A DNA stretch of 64,000 nt from a virus (lineage: Duplodnaviria; Caudoviricetes), in the IMG/VR virus record IMGVR_UViG_3300002835_000006; one strand, written 5' to 3'. The translations under genes and the position numbers were made by a program. Shown piece after piece: positions 45,931 through 57,206 of the stretch. The notes beneath the pieces were generated by a model, which saw nothing but the letters and a program-made list of their open reading frames with translations, searched no databases and had not been told where the DNA came from. How positions within the stretch are numbered: the first letter of the stretch is position 1; each line of letters starts with the position of its first letter.

Positions 45931-47769
45931 ATGGCTAACCGTCAAATATCATATACGTCAAGGGACTTTGCGTCAATCAGGGTTGAACTACAAAATTACG
46001 TAAGGACTTATTACCCTGAACTGATTCAAGATTTCAATGATGCATCAGTATTTTCTGTATTCTTAGATTTGAATGCTGCGGTTGCCGATAACTTACATTA
46101 CCATATAGATAGAAGTATTCAAGAGACTGTTCTACAATACGCACAACAAAAAACTTCTATATATAACATAGCGAGAACCTACGGTTTGAAAATCCCTGGT
46201 ATGAGACCATCGGTATCATTAGTGGATTTTTCAATTACGGTTCCGGCGTTTGGAGATAAAGAAGATGAGAGATACTTAGGAACTTTGGTGAGAGGTTCTC
46301 AAATTATAGGTTCTGGATTGGTATTTGAAAATGTTGAGGATATTGATTTCTCATCTCCGTACAATTCTCAAGGTTTTCCCAATAGAGTTAAAATACCAAA
46401 TTTCAATAGTAATGGGATTTTAGTAAACTATACCATCACCAAAAGAGAAATAGTTGTAAACGGAATTACAAAAGTATTCAAAAGAGTAATAACACCAAGT
46501 GATGTGAAACCATTCTTTGAATTGTTCCTACCTGAAAAAAATGTTTTGGGTATTACAAGTGTATTGTTGAAGGATGGAACACAATATACAAACATTCCTA
46601 CAACAGCTGAGTTTCTTGGTGCTGCAAATAGATGGTATGAAGTTGACGCCCTAGCTGAGGATAGAGTATTTGTAGAAGACCCTACTAAAGTATCAGACCA
46701 ACCAGGAATCAAAGTTGGAAGATATATACAAACTCAAAATAGGTTTATTACCGAATACACCTCTGAGGGTTTTAAAAAAATGACTTTCGGTGGTGGTACA
46801 AATACTGCACAGGATGCCTTGGACCAATTCACTACGTTAGGTACCACTTTGAATATCCAAAAGTATTCTAATAATATTTCCTTAGGTGCAGCTTTGAGAC
46901 CTAATTCCACTTTGTTCATTCAGTATAGAGTGGGTGGAGGATTGAATACTAACTTAGGTACAAATGTAATCAATCAAGTTGGCACAGTTTCATTTTTTGT
47001 GAACGGTCCATCTGAAACAATCAATACAGCTGTTGTAAACTCTTTGAGATGTACAAACGTAACTGCGGCAATCGGTGGGGCTAACATGCCAAGCACCGAT
47101 GAGATTCGTAACTATGTATCATTCAATTTTTCTGCACAAAAAAGAGCTGTAACAGTTCAAGACTATGAATCCATAATCAGGAATATGCCTTCACAATTTG
47201 GTGCACCGGCTAAAGTATCAATAACAGAAAACGATAATAAAATATTGATTCAAATTCTATCGTATGATACACAGGGTAAACTTACGAATATTGTCTCCAA
47301 TACCTTAAAACAAAATATTGCGAATTATTTGTCAAATTATAGAATGATGAATGATTATATATCAATTTTCAGTGCTGAGGTGATTGATTTGAGTGTAGAT
47401 GTATCTATTGTTTTGGATTCGGCTCAAAACTCAGGACAAGTGATTTCTTCTGTAATCGATAAAGTATCTACATATTTCAATCCACAGTTACGACAATTAG
47501 GTCAAAATGTTTATTTGTCTGAGTTGAGAAGTCAAATACAAAATACTAATGGAGTTTTAACCGTGGCAGGACTAGATATTTTCAACGAGGTTGGTGGACA
47601 ATATTCTTCAGCTGAAACTTCCATGAGATATTCAGACCCTGAGACAAGACAAATAGAACCTGTTGATGACACTATCTTTGCACAACCTAATCAGGTTTAT
47701 CAAATTAGATTCCCTAATAAAGACATTCGAGTGTCAGTGAAGAACTTCCAAACAATTACATTCTCCTAA
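45931..47769 (+). CDS. Baseplate wedge protein (T4 gp6 / baseplate J-like)
   Basis: YTSRDF, DF.DAS, QYRVGGG..TN, A.GG and RAVT.QDY motifs. Confidence 0.9.
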   Translation: MANRQISYTSRDFASIRVELQNYVRTYYPELIQDFNDASVFSVFLDLNAAVADNLHYHIDRSIQETVLQYAQQKTSIYNIARTYGLKIPGMRPSVSLVDFSITVPAFGDKEDERYLGTLVRGSQIIGSGLVFENVEDIDFSSPYNSQGFPNRVKIPNFNSNGILVNYTITKREIVVNGITKVFKRVITPSDVKPFFELFLPEKNVLGITSVLLKDGTQYTNIPTTAEFLGAANRWYEVDALAEDRVFVEDPTKVSDQPGIKVGRYIQTQNRFITEYTSEGFKKMTFGGGTNTAQDALDQFTTLGTTLNIQKYSNNISLGAALRPNSTLFIQYRVGGGLNTNLGTNVINQVGTVSFFVNGPSETINTAVVNSLRCTNVTAAIGGANMPSTDEIRNYVSFNFSAQKRAVTVQDYESIIRNMPSQFGAPAKVSITENDNKILIQILSYDTQGKLTNIVSNTLKQNIANYLSNYRMMNDYISIFSAEVIDLSVDVSIVLDSAQNSGQVISSVIDKVSTYFNPQLRQLGQNVYLSELRSQIQNTNGVLTVAGLDIFNEVGGQYSSAETSMRYSDPETRQIEPVDDTIFAQPNQVYQIRFPNKDIRVSVKNFQTITFS

Positions 47770-47837
47770 CAAGTTTATTTTCCCTTGAGATAATCTATAA
47801 TTAGGTTGTGTGTATTTTGTAAAAATACCACAATAAC

Positions 47838-47844
47838 TATTTAT
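47838..47844 (+). promoter_or_regulatory. TATTTAT candidate late promoter, preceded by an imperfect hairpin (47806-47833)
   Basis: Intergenic, upstream of the 1620-aa gene. Confidence 0.55.
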
Positions 47845-47858
47845 CATAAAAGTATTTG

Positions 47859-50800
47859 ATGGGTCAATCTTATCGTATAAGGACCGAGCTTGGTATTACA
47901 AAAACAATAAATGTAGAGCTTACTCAAGAATTTGAATTCTTAGAAATTCTATCTCTTAAACTCCAACAACAAGATGTCTATTCAAGATTGTGTGCGGACT
48001 ATGGTGTTGTTGTAGGAAGAGTTACTGCAAACAATGGCTTGGGTATACCAAATGCCAGAGTTGCTATTTTTGTTCCAATAGAACAAATTGACCAATCAAA
48101 TCCTGTTATATCGTCCATATATCCTTACAATTCACCGTCTGACAGGAATGAGGATGGGTATAGGTATAATCTTCTACCTTACGAACCATCTTATACAGGC
48201 CATGCAGCCACAGGTACTTTACCATCAAGATTAGACGTGTTGACAGGACAAACCGCTGTTGAAATTTATGACAAATATTACAAACTAACTGCAAAAACTA
48301 ATGACAGTGGGGATTACATGATTATGGGAGTTCCTCTTGGTGAGCAAACCATAGTAATGGATGTTGATTTATCTGACATAGGAGAATTCTCTCTTACACC
48401 TCAAGACCTTATTAGAATGGGTCTAGCGACAGAGGCCCAAGTCGCGGGAAATAGATTCAGAACATCTGCAGATTTGAACTCCCTACCTCAGATTATAAAT
48501 TTAACAAAAGTTGTTGAAGTTTCTCCACTTTGGGGTGAACCTGCTGTTTGTCAAATAGCTATAAACAGAGTTGACTTTGATTTAAGAAATGAAGCTAACG
48601 TTGACATTCAACCCACAGCAGTTTTCATGGGTTCAATTTTTTCAACTTCAGAACAATACGCAATCAAAAGAAATTCCAAACCCAAAGATGATTTTGGTAA
48701 TCTTTGTCAGTTAGAAACAGGTCCAGGTCAAATTTTGGCTATACGTCAAACATTACAAGTTGATTTAAGTGGTAACCCTTTTTTAGAACAATATGAGATA
48801 GAAAAAAATGGTAATGTAATCGATGGTAACGGTGCTTGGTTGATTGAGTTACCTATGAATTTGGAGTATCTAGTAACAAATGAATTTGGAGAAAGGATAA
48901 TTTCATACGACCCATCAATAGGAATACCAACAAAATCGAAGTATAGGTTTAAGATTAAATGGCAACAATCTTCTAATGCGTCTGAGCAATATAGAAGGGC
49001 GTATTATTTGATTCCTAACATAAGAGAATTCGGTTGGCCAAGTGATATACAAGACCCGAATCTCAGTAACATATTCAACTCTCAACTACAAAGTTCGTAT
49101 TATTTTGGACTGGACTGGAGTGGATATACCTCAGGATTACAAGGGCAAGAAGCGGTTGATAAATTGGACCAAATTATAAATTGTGAAGACACTTTTTACG
49201 AATTTGAATATAACAGGGTTTATACGGTTTCAGGTTTAATAGACCAATATAAAGATGGTTCAAGAGGTAGGTTTATAGGAATTAAAGAAATAGATAACAA
49301 TTCTTGTGAGGAAACAGTAAACAAAGTTCCAGTGAATGAAGGATTCAGAAATTTCGACCTTCTTTTCTTTGTTTATAGTATATTACTACAAATATTACAG
49401 ATTGTAGGTGTCCCACTTCTTATTACATATCACCTTATTGCCGCACTTTGGAACTTTGTTGTTGATATTAGAAACGGTTTGACAACATTAGGATATGCAA
49501 TTGGTGGTCTCATGACTTTAGTCGGTGCAATTGAGGTTATATTTGCCGGTACCCAATTCTCCTCAATTTTTACAAATCCAGGTGGGTTAGCCGGAGGTTT
49601 GGTTGTATTAAAAAAGGCTATCGCATTTACAACAACAGGTCTTACAATATTAGGGATAACTATAGGTATTGATATATTGACAAGACTTTTGAGGAGAAGG
49701 TCGTTCAACAGATTTTATCTTCCAATTCTTACTTACCCCGATTGTTCATCCTGCTCTTGTGGTGAATCATTTTCAGATTCAGATGTGGGAGGTTCTAAAG
49801 TTTCTTTATTGACACAATTTTCAAGTAGTTTTTTTTATTATGAGAAAATTTTACAATCTCTAACCTCTCAATATTCAAGTGAAGATGCTCAAATCGTTGC
49901 ACTTTCATTCTCTCAAGCAATGGGAACTGTGGGTGGTGATGAGGCTGCGGATAATTATAAAACTACCGTGTCACCTGAAACAAATTTAGTGGATGGTAAT
50001 GATAGGTTTTTTGCTTATTCGCCAGACCTACCTTTTGGTGAAAGAATCAACGTTTTCAATACAAGAAAAAAATACTTTGATGGAATAAATAAAATAAGTG
50101 TTTCATTTGATTATCCCGCAAATTCTGCACTACAACACTTTGATAACACCTTGACAGTAGTTTCTCAAACATCTTTTGAAAGTGGTACACTTATGACATT
50201 TGTTGATATTGCAAGAACACAAGATGTAAACTACACAACGACTGGTTCTACTGTCGCATCTGGATTCCCAAATGGGATATCGGGAACATCAATAAACCCA
50301 AGTTTATCACAATACCCTGTTGAGTATGCTATCAATCAAACAACAAATTCTCAGCCTGTAAATTATATACTTAGTACAGGTTCAACTATAACAAATTATA
50401 AGTTTCCCTCTGATATAGAGTATTATCAGGTTGTAACAGCTATCACTATAAGTGATGCTATACAGATTTGGGGTGGTAATACAACAAATGGTTTATTACC
50501 AACAATATTCAGTTCTGACACCGATATCCTATGGAACAGAAGGACTGGTTCAAGTTGGGGAGGATTGAGCATTACTACTTACCCTGTTTCAGCGACGTTT
50601 GCTGATTTCAATTCTCAATATGTTCTCATTCTTCAGAGAGGGGTTGACCCATATTCACCAAACTATGTAAATAGGTATGGTCTTGGTAAATTATTTGGGT
50701 ATCCAAATGAAAATGACTACGTTGTCACAGCTTCAACTAGATTAAATATACCAATTCAAAAAAACACAGATACAACAACTTCTGTCCAAAAATTTAATAA

Positions 50801-52718
50801 CCAAAGTAACATATTTTATCCATCACACTTTTTTAGACCTGGAAATGATTATTCTGCTTTTACAACATCTCAAGTAGGATATTATAGTTCTTTAGATGCT
50901 CAAAACCCAGGACCAAGTATGTTTAATTCGACGATAAACAACCAATATGAGGGAATAGTATCGTCAATATGGAATGACTTTTTTACAACGTCGAATAATG
51001 GATTGATTAAAGTAAAAAAGTATGAACAATATGAAGATTTGTCTGGCGCGGCTTATTATTACTTACAAGGGGGTAGGAGACCGAATGATGTCAGTACTTT
51101 TTACTATACAAAAGTATTATTACCAAGTTTACTTACAAATCCTCTGAATATAAATAACTCTAACTTGAACGTGATGAGAACAGACAGGCTCCCATCATCA
51201 GATGCTTTAGACGGGTCCAGCTGGAATAATAACCCGGCCCTACTACAACAAAACTTAAATTTTGCAATTTATGTGATAAGTTCTACAGACCAAGGGATAT
51301 CAACGGTTAGCTTCGGTCAAGGTGCGGATATAATACCCCCTGACATTGAGGGACAACTTGCTTGGACTAATGTATTAGATTCCTTTAGTTGTGAAAATGC
51401 AGTTTCTTTGGGTTGTTATGAAAAATATAATACTAGCTTTGGTGTAAATAGAAATTGTGCCACAAAAGATGATGTTGAAAGTGGTTGTTATGTCTTTATG
51501 AGAAGACCACTTCGTGATTTAGGAAAAGACATAAGAAATTTTAATGAATGGGGTTTCAGATATAGGTTTTTCTTCGGATTATGTAGAGGGGTGTTGGCTC
51601 AATCATTTACAAATAATTGGTTGAATGGGTCACTTTTTACATTCCCAATACAAATAACCAGAAAATGGGGGAGAGATAATAGATTGAAAGAACTTAGATA
51701 TCCAAGAAATCTAATATATTTTGATGCGTCTACAAATAATTTCTATTACAGAAGTAGTCCGTGGTTAGGGACACCAACGACTGGCTCATTCATAGGGAAA
51801 CCAACGTTGGGTCAATCATTTCCAATGAACATTAGAAATTTATTATTTCCAACGACAATAATGAATTTGGGTATGAAAGATTCATTTTATGATGAGATAA
51901 CTTTCACACCCTCTACTGCGGCTTATGTTATGAATAATTTGAATTCAACAAGTTATCAAGATACGTCCAACATCGTGAATTTATTTGTGATTTCTAGAAT
52001 TGCTAACTCTACTTTCCTCACGCGAATCACAAATAATGATTCGTTGAATGTGTTATTCAGTAGAAATCCAAACATTCCTCCGAAAAACAGAATTGATGCG
52101 GATTTAGCACAAATGATGTCAATCAATTGTGAAATCGGGGTCGTACCTTTTACCCCCGAATATTATGATAGTACTGGTCCGGTGAATACAAATCCTGTCG
52201 TTATTTATGGTACTACCGCAGAGAATGCTCTTATGGGAATATTTTTCTCATCCACAACCTTTGACTTGCAAACGAAAGATTTTATTTCACCAGGAATTAT
52301 AAATTTCAGACCGAATCCTTTCGTCCCAGCAATTACATATCCATATGGGATTAAATCTCAAAAAGTACCATTCTATCAATGGCAATTGAATCAACCGCAA
52401 AGTATATTTACAATATTTGGTAGTGAGAGGAACAATTGGGCTACAGACATTCCTGACATTGTTACCTCCGAGTATCAAAATTTAAATAGGAGAAATGTTA
52501 CAACCCCAAATTATTTTGTACCGTCAAATACTTCTTTTGACATTTATCAAAGGGGATATATTTTCAACGTTGATTCAGTTGGAAATTATGACCCTAATGT
52601 TTGGAACTCAATGAAAAGTAAATTTATGATTGGTGCTCCTAATCATTTTTACTTTGGATTATTCAAAGGTAAAAGTGCTATGGATTTATTTAAAACAAAA
52701 TATCTACCTAATGAATAA
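47859..52718 (+). CDS. Large putative virion protein with an N-terminal carboxypeptidase-regulatory-like beta domain and a hydrophobic block
   Basis: GVVVGRV.ANNGLGIPNARV and TND.GDYMI.GVPLG..T motifs; ~115-aa hydrophobic segment near aa 500-615. ATG at 47859. Confidence 0.6.
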   Translation: MGQSYRIRTELGITKTINVELTQEFEFLEILSLKLQQQDVYSRLCADYGVVVGRVTANNGLGIPNARVAIFVPIEQIDQSNPVISSIYPYNSPSDRNEDGYRYNLLPYEPSYTGHAATGTLPSRLDVLTGQTAVEIYDKYYKLTAKTNDSGDYMIMGVPLGEQTIVMDVDLSDIGEFSLTPQDLIRMGLATEAQVAGNRFRTSADLNSLPQIINLTKVVEVSPLWGEPAVCQIAINRVDFDLRNEANVDIQPTAVFMGSIFSTSEQYAIKRNSKPKDDFGNLCQLETGPGQILAIRQTLQVDLSGNPFLEQYEIEKNGNVIDGNGAWLIELPMNLEYLVTNEFGERIISYDPSIGIPTKSKYRFKIKWQQSSNASEQYRRAYYLIPNIREFGWPSDIQDPNLSNIFNSQLQSSYYFGLDWSGYTSGLQGQEAVDKLDQIINCEDTFYEFEYNRVYTVSGLIDQYKDGSRGRFIGIKEIDNNSCEETVNKVPVNEGFRNFDLLFFVYSILLQILQIVGVPLLITYHLIAALWNFVVDIRNGLTTLGYAIGGLMTLVGAIEVIFAGTQFSSIFTNPGGLAGGLVVLKKAIAFTTTGLTILGITIGIDILTRLLRRRSFNRFYLPILTYPDCSSCSCGESFSDSDVGGSKVSLLTQFSSSFFYYEKILQSLTSQYSSEDAQIVALSFSQAMGTVGGDEAADNYKTTVSPETNLVDGNDRFFAYSPDLPFGERINVFNTRKKYFDGINKISVSFDYPANSALQHFDNTLTVVSQTSFESGTLMTFVDIARTQDVNYTTTGSTVASGFPNGISGTSINPSLSQYPVEYAINQTTNSQPVNYILSTGSTITNYKFPSDIEYYQVVTAITISDAIQIWGGNTTNGLLPTIFSSDTDILWNRRTGSSWGGLSITTYPVSATFADFNSQYVLILQRGVDPYSPNYVNRYGLGKLFGYPNENDYVVTASTRLNIPIQKNTDTTTSVQKFNNQSNIFYPSHFFRPGNDYSAFTTSQVGYYSSLDAQNPGPSMFNSTINNQYEGIVSSIWNDFFTTSNNGLIKVKKYEQYEDLSGAAYYYLQGGRRPNDVSTFYYTKVLLPSLLTNPLNINNSNLNVMRTDRLPSSDALDGSSWNNNPALLQQNLNFAIYVISSTDQGISTVSFGQGADIIPPDIEGQLAWTNVLDSFSCENAVSLGCYEKYNTSFGVNRNCATKDDVESGCYVFMRRPLRDLGKDIRNFNEWGFRYRFFFGLCRGVLAQSFTNNWLNGSLFTFPIQITRKWGRDNRLKELRYPRNLIYFDASTNNFYYRSSPWLGTPTTGSFIGKPTLGQSFPMNIRNLLFPTTIMNLGMKDSFYDEITFTPSTAAYVMNNLNSTSYQDTSNIVNLFVISRIANSTFLTRITNNDSLNVLFSRNPNIPPKNRIDADLAQMMSINCEIGVVPFTPEYYDSTGPVNTNPVVIYGTTAENALMGIFFSSTTFDLQTKDFISPGIINFRPNPFVPAITYPYGIKSQKVPFYQWQLNQPQSIFTIFGSERNNWATDIPDIVTSEYQNLNRRNVTTPNYFVPSNTSFDIYQRGYIFNVDSVGNYDPNVWNSMKSKFMIGAPNHFYFGLFKGKSAMDLFKTKYLPNE

Positions 52719-54381
52719 ATTCACCATCATACCAGCTAGTTTGTCTTACCAATCTGCACCCAAAGTGGACCAAAAGGTAACAGTGACTTTGGAGGAAAAA
52801 CAACAACAAATAACTGAATATGATAGAAACGCCACAATATCATTAGAAGATGTTTTTGAATCCGAGAGACAAGCTTCGAGAATTTATAGACCAACTTTCA
52901 AAATAAATTATCTCTATTCGAATACTTTGACAGGTACAACTAACTATACACCGTTCAGAGATAACTTGTTTTATGTGAATTCACTTGAATCAACACAAAC
53001 AAACATATGGAAGGGGTTTCCACAATACTACGAATTCGATTTTTATAGACCTGATATAAATGACCAACATTTAGACTACTACGCAAAAAGTGCTTATACC
53101 TACAATTGGAATTATTATTTTTCTTACGCCTTCCAAAATAACCCTAATCAAGTTTTATATACCAACTTGGTTCCAATCAATAGTTGGGTTGCTAAAGATG
53201 GAATTCCATTCAGTATTCAAAATACTACTTTTAATGGAAGTAATGTCATAGCGTTCCAGTGTGTTGCACCACATGGATTGAGTGTTGGTGAATATGTGAA
53301 ATTGTCCTTCAAATATGGAATAGTTGATTTATTCGAGGTTTATTCATTGGGTAATGGTCAGACAGATTCTGATGAGTACATTTTTAACATATTCAACTAC
53401 GGATATACAGGTACAACATTTAATAATGGTAAAGTTGGTACTTTTAAAAGAGTTGGAAATCCTAACAATCTTTTAGAAACAACATCAGATTATTATGTCA
53501 GACAGAATAAAATATTGACAGGTGTTGATGATGCTCTGATGACTAAATCAGGTTTCGAAAAAAATATTTTTTTAGAAGAAAAACAATTACAACTAAGTTC
53601 TTTGACCCCTAATTTTATAACTACTATTGCTCAAAAAACTAGTAGTAATGCTTACAATGTTACCTCTTCTTATGATTTAGATATTACTACTTTAATAGAT
53701 AATCAAAAAAGACCTTTAAGCGAACTATTCCTCACAATTATTCACAAAGGTTATACAGGATATTTCTACGACCCTTCCAATCCAATAGGAATAAAAAGAG
53801 GATGGGAGTTTAATTTATCATCACCAACAAACCCATATTGGGATAGAAATAATACTAACTCAAATTCAAATCTACAAATTTCAACATACACCAAACAAAA
53901 CTACACTTTTGCATTTACAAAAGATTTAAACATAGGAGATATAATTGATGGGGATTTTTGTGAATGGAATAACTATGAACAGATAGAAAGGGTAATATCT
54001 CCACTTTATCATAAGATAAATTTCAATCCAAACGTATTTACACATTTACCTATAAGAGAGGGTTATTATTATAAACCACATCATTCGATGACCTTGAGGA
54101 TTTTTTCAGATTACATCGAAACCGCTAATGTCGGGTCCGTAGATAATGTTCCGAGTTATTCTTACTACTCAAGTGCTGACCGACAATTCAGATGGAGAGA
54201 TTTATATGACTACGGGTTTTTCGACAATATAGGAAGAGGAGTTGATTATCCATTTTTGAACAGTGCCCATTATCCATTTACTTCAATAGTTTTCAGATTG
54301 ATTCCTGAAGGTGTAAATTTCAACGACAATCTATTTGGTATAAACTTCCCAATCAAACCATTATTCGATGAGTGTGCATAA
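52711..54381 (+). CDS. Putative baseplate/tail-associated structural protein
   Basis: ATG at 52711 overlaps the upstream stop; Tyr/Asn/Thr-rich beta composition; located in the structural operon. Confidence 0.55.
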   Translation: MNKFTIIPASLSYQSAPKVDQKVTVTLEEKQQQITEYDRNATISLEDVFESERQASRIYRPTFKINYLYSNTLTGTTNYTPFRDNLFYVNSLESTQTNIWKGFPQYYEFDFYRPDINDQHLDYYAKSAYTYNWNYYFSYAFQNNPNQVLYTNLVPINSWVAKDGIPFSIQNTTFNGSNVIAFQCVAPHGLSVGEYVKLSFKYGIVDLFEVYSLGNGQTDSDEYIFNIFNYGYTGTTFNNGKVGTFKRVGNPNNLLETTSDYYVRQNKILTGVDDALMTKSGFEKNIFLEEKQLQLSSLTPNFITTIAQKTSSNAYNVTSSYDLDITTLIDNQKRPLSELFLTIIHKGYTGYFYDPSNPIGIKRGWEFNLSSPTNPYWDRNNTNSNSNLQISTYTKQNYTFAFTKDLNIGDIIDGDFCEWNNYEQIERVISPLYHKINFNPNVFTHLPIREGYYYKPHHSMTLRIFSDYIETANVGSVDNVPSYSYYSSADRQFRWRDLYDYGFFDNIGRGVDYPFLNSAHYPFTSIVFRLIPEGVNFNDNLFGINFPIKPLFDECA

Positions 54382-55168
54382 TTACAAAATCCCAAACACA
54401 TCTTTAACAAGTGAATCTTTGACAATTCCGATAGAAATGTCTTGGGATTATTTGGGTATTGACCAAAGTATAGATTTATATGAGGAAGAAATTATAACTG
54501 AGGTTATTGGTGTTGGAAGAGACTTTGAGTTATCAAGATTTGCTCACGCACCGTTTACAGGACAACCATATAATCTAAAAACTGAAATAAATTATGAGTT
54601 CAATTTTCATTCAGGAACCTCACTGAATAACGTAACTAATTGGGTAAACACTTATTTGGCTGCTGGATTCAGTGTACCTGATGTTTATTATTATAGGAAT
54701 GCTTTTGCGAACTCATTTTTCAAGTTGGATTTTTACGATACTCCTGATGAAAAAAAACAAATAAATTATCTCACAGCAATAATTCCTACACAACAAGGTG
54801 AAAAACAACCAGCAATTTTACCAAGAGCTTTGGTTGATATTAAAAAACCAAAATTTAAACTCGATTACGTTGGGGACAAAGAAGGGTTTTTCATTTATTG
54901 GTTGAAGAAAAGAAACTTTTTGGATATCAGTACCTTTTATATGTCGGCAAAATTTTATGATGCTCGGACTGGTTTCTTTTTAAGAATGATGAACAAACCA
55001 CAAAGTTTTTTTCCAAACTCCCAATTCACCTTCGATACAACAAGATATTTTTATTATATAATGAAAATTGATTATCCGACTCAGACTTATAGAATTTTCG
55101 ATTCGAATAACGTGAGATTCGGTCAACCAAATAACCCAGTCGTTTGGTATGAATTTATAAACCCATAA
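54368..55168 (+). CDS. Putative structural protein
   Basis: Coupled ORF in the baseplate operon. Confidence 0.5.
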   Translation: MSVHNYKIPNTSLTSESLTIPIEMSWDYLGIDQSIDLYEEEIITEVIGVGRDFELSRFAHAPFTGQPYNLKTEINYEFNFHSGTSLNNVTNWVNTYLAAGFSVPDVYYYRNAFANSFFKLDFYDTPDEKKQINYLTAIIPTQQGEKQPAILPRALVDIKKPKFKLDYVGDKEGFFIYWLKKRNFLDISTFYMSAKFYDARTGFFLRMMNKPQSFFPNSQFTFDTTRYFYYIMKIDYPTQTYRIFDSNNVRFGQPNNPVVWYEFINP

Positions 55169-55170
55169 TA

Positions 55171-56262
55171 ATGTCTGACGTATATAACATAATCATATCA
55201 CCCGAAAATATTCAAGGAGATTTATTCAAAGTAAATTACCGAGGTATTGAAGTTGGTGTGTATTCAGGAATGAGTCAGGTTTTGAGTGCCGGTCCAAATG
55301 GTAGTTCATTACTCACTGGTTTGACAATACCAATCCTGATAACTCAGACTGCGGTTGATGTTGGATATTATAGTCCATTCGATGGTGCTGTACTCCAAAA
55401 AGACGTTGTGGCTAATTTTATATTTTCGTCAACAACAACATCACCTTATGTTTATTATGTTTATAATACCTCTAATCAATTTCAGAAATTTTTGGAACTT
55501 TCAGTTTATACTGTTGATTGGGGAGACGGTAGTCCTCTTCAAGTCATCAATAATTTTACTCCAAACTTTTTGTCCCATACGTATCCAACCGCTTCCGCAA
55601 ATTATACCATTACTTTACAACAGACAAATCCATGGGGACAAACTATGGTGAAAAAAGAAATTACATCACCATTTACAAACATAATTGCACCTAACCCCAA
55701 CGGAACTGCGTTTTTTATTCCACAGGGTGGTAGTTGGGCTAACACACCAATAAGTTATGATTACATTTTCTCAGGTGATGCGGTGAACACGGTTGCGGCT
55801 CAAACATCAAACAACTATTTAACGGTACCGTTCCAAATTTCTGGTATATCTAAATCAAGACTTACTGAACTCCAACTCTACGGTCCCAATCAATATGAGT
55901 TATTCACACCAGTGATTGCTAATGGTCAAATTTGGGGTAATATTTTCGTTACTGCTTCCACATACACAGGGTATACAATTCAAGGAATAAATTACTATGA
56001 TTACATAGACGGCACTACTAACTACTTCCAAGATTCATCGGGGTTCACGAATCAAAATTTAACAGCAGAACCTATTACAAAAAATGAAACTTTGATAAAA
56101 GCGGTGGACCAACCTCAAATTCAAACAGACGTTTTTGTTGAGAGGGGTAAGAATAGTGCATATGAGAGGGTTCAAAGACTTGGTGAGGTCGATAATATAG
56201 GGGACATGATAAATTACGGATACGGATTTTTCAATGTAGAGGAAAAGGCAAGTGCCATCTAA
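55171..56262 (+). CDS. Putative structural protein with a PKD-like Ig domain
   Basis: YTVDWGDGSP...SHTY...YTITL motif. Confidence 0.6.
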   Translation: MSDVYNIIISPENIQGDLFKVNYRGIEVGVYSGMSQVLSAGPNGSSLLTGLTIPILITQTAVDVGYYSPFDGAVLQKDVVANFIFSSTTTSPYVYYVYNTSNQFQKFLELSVYTVDWGDGSPLQVINNFTPNFLSHTYPTASANYTITLQQTNPWGQTMVKKEITSPFTNIIAPNPNGTAFFIPQGGSWANTPISYDYIFSGDAVNTVAAQTSNNYLTVPFQISGISKSRLTELQLYGPNQYELFTPVIANGQIWGNIFVTASTYTGYTIQGINYYDYIDGTTNYFQDSSGFTNQNLTAEPITKNETLIKAVDQPQIQTDVFVERGKNSAYERVQRLGEVDNIGDMINYGYGFFNVEEKASAI

Positions 56263-56276
56263 AAATCAAAAATAAC

Positions 56277-56283
56277 TATTTAT
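56277..56283 (+). promoter_or_regulatory. TATTTAT candidate late promoter
   Basis: Upstream of the ATG at 56298. Confidence 0.55.
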
Positions 56284-56297
56284 AAAAAAACTAAATT

Positions 56298-57206
56298 ATG
56301 GCAATAGGTTCATATGGTACAATAAGACCCAGTGATGTTTCTCCAGAAGATGTGGAAATATTGATGGTGTATACGCCATCAAGAGATGTCACAGATGATT
56401 TCACTCTTACAAAATTAAATGCACCAACAATATTGAGACCTTATTTCAATAACACTCAGACAGGTGGTAATGCCGGTGTTGAGGTATTAGGTGGTTTATA
56501 TAATTTGAGCTTACCAGCACAACAATTCAATGCTTTAGGAATTTATACTCTTTATCTTAGACCTGCTCAAATCAGAACTATTATTACTGATTGTGGAGTT
56601 TTAAGTGCTTTACCAACAGTGAAAGGGATAGTTGTAGATTTGGGTAATGTACCAGCCGAGTATCAAAATAAATTTGTCCCACAAGGATTGGTTGGATTTA
56701 GAATTGAATATTTGAATCCTGATGGTTCTAAAATACCTAATTTTTTCAGAGTGGTTACGTCTTGTTTTTTCTGTGAGCCCGTTGTAACAAACGAAACAAA
56801 CTCAAATCAAAAAGCAATTAGATACAGATATGTAGATGGGACTTCAAATCTTTTGTTTCTAACACTTTCACCTTCATCATCACCAACTAACAACCCTAAC
56901 GCCACACCTTTTATAGGTCAACCAACACAAGGGATTATTATTTCTAATACCTATTTCAATCCTGTTACAATAGAAATTGAAATGGTTGAGTATGATATAT
57001 CGAGTCTTGGTATTGCTCTATATGGTAATCAAACTAAGTCAATTGACGATGGTATCTATACTATCTATGATTCACAAAACAATATCTACAGACAATACAA
57101 TCTGTATGAGATTAGAAATGAATTCAATGCTCTATTGTATGAGGTTAAACAAAGTAGAGGTACTAACATTGATTTTAGTAAAAACTTTACCACGATAACA
57201 ACATAA
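56298..57206 (+). CDS. Putative structural protein
   Basis: 302-aa beta-rich ORF after TATTTAT. Confidence 0.55.
   Translation: MAIGSYGTIRPSDVSPEDVEILMVYTPSRDVTDDFTLTKLNAPTILRPYFNNTQTGGNAGVEVLGGLYNLSLPAQQFNALGIYTLYLRPAQIRTIITDCGVLSALPTVKGIVVDLGNVPAEYQNKFVPQGLVGFRIEYLNPDGSKIPNFFRVVTSCFFCEPVVTNETNSNQKAIRYRYVDGTSNLLFLTLSPSSSPTNNPNATPFIGQPTQGIIISNTYFNPVTIEIEMVEYDISSLGIALYGNQTKSIDDGIYTIYDSQNNIYRQYNLYEIRNEFNALLYEVKQSRGTNIDFSKNFTTITT

Noticed and set aside
36796-52710. Long upstream starts given by the track (36796, 41306, 52630)
   Set aside because: Each overlaps the previous gene extensively. Internal ATGs at 36868, 41369 and 52711 fit the promoter or stop-start coupling pattern.
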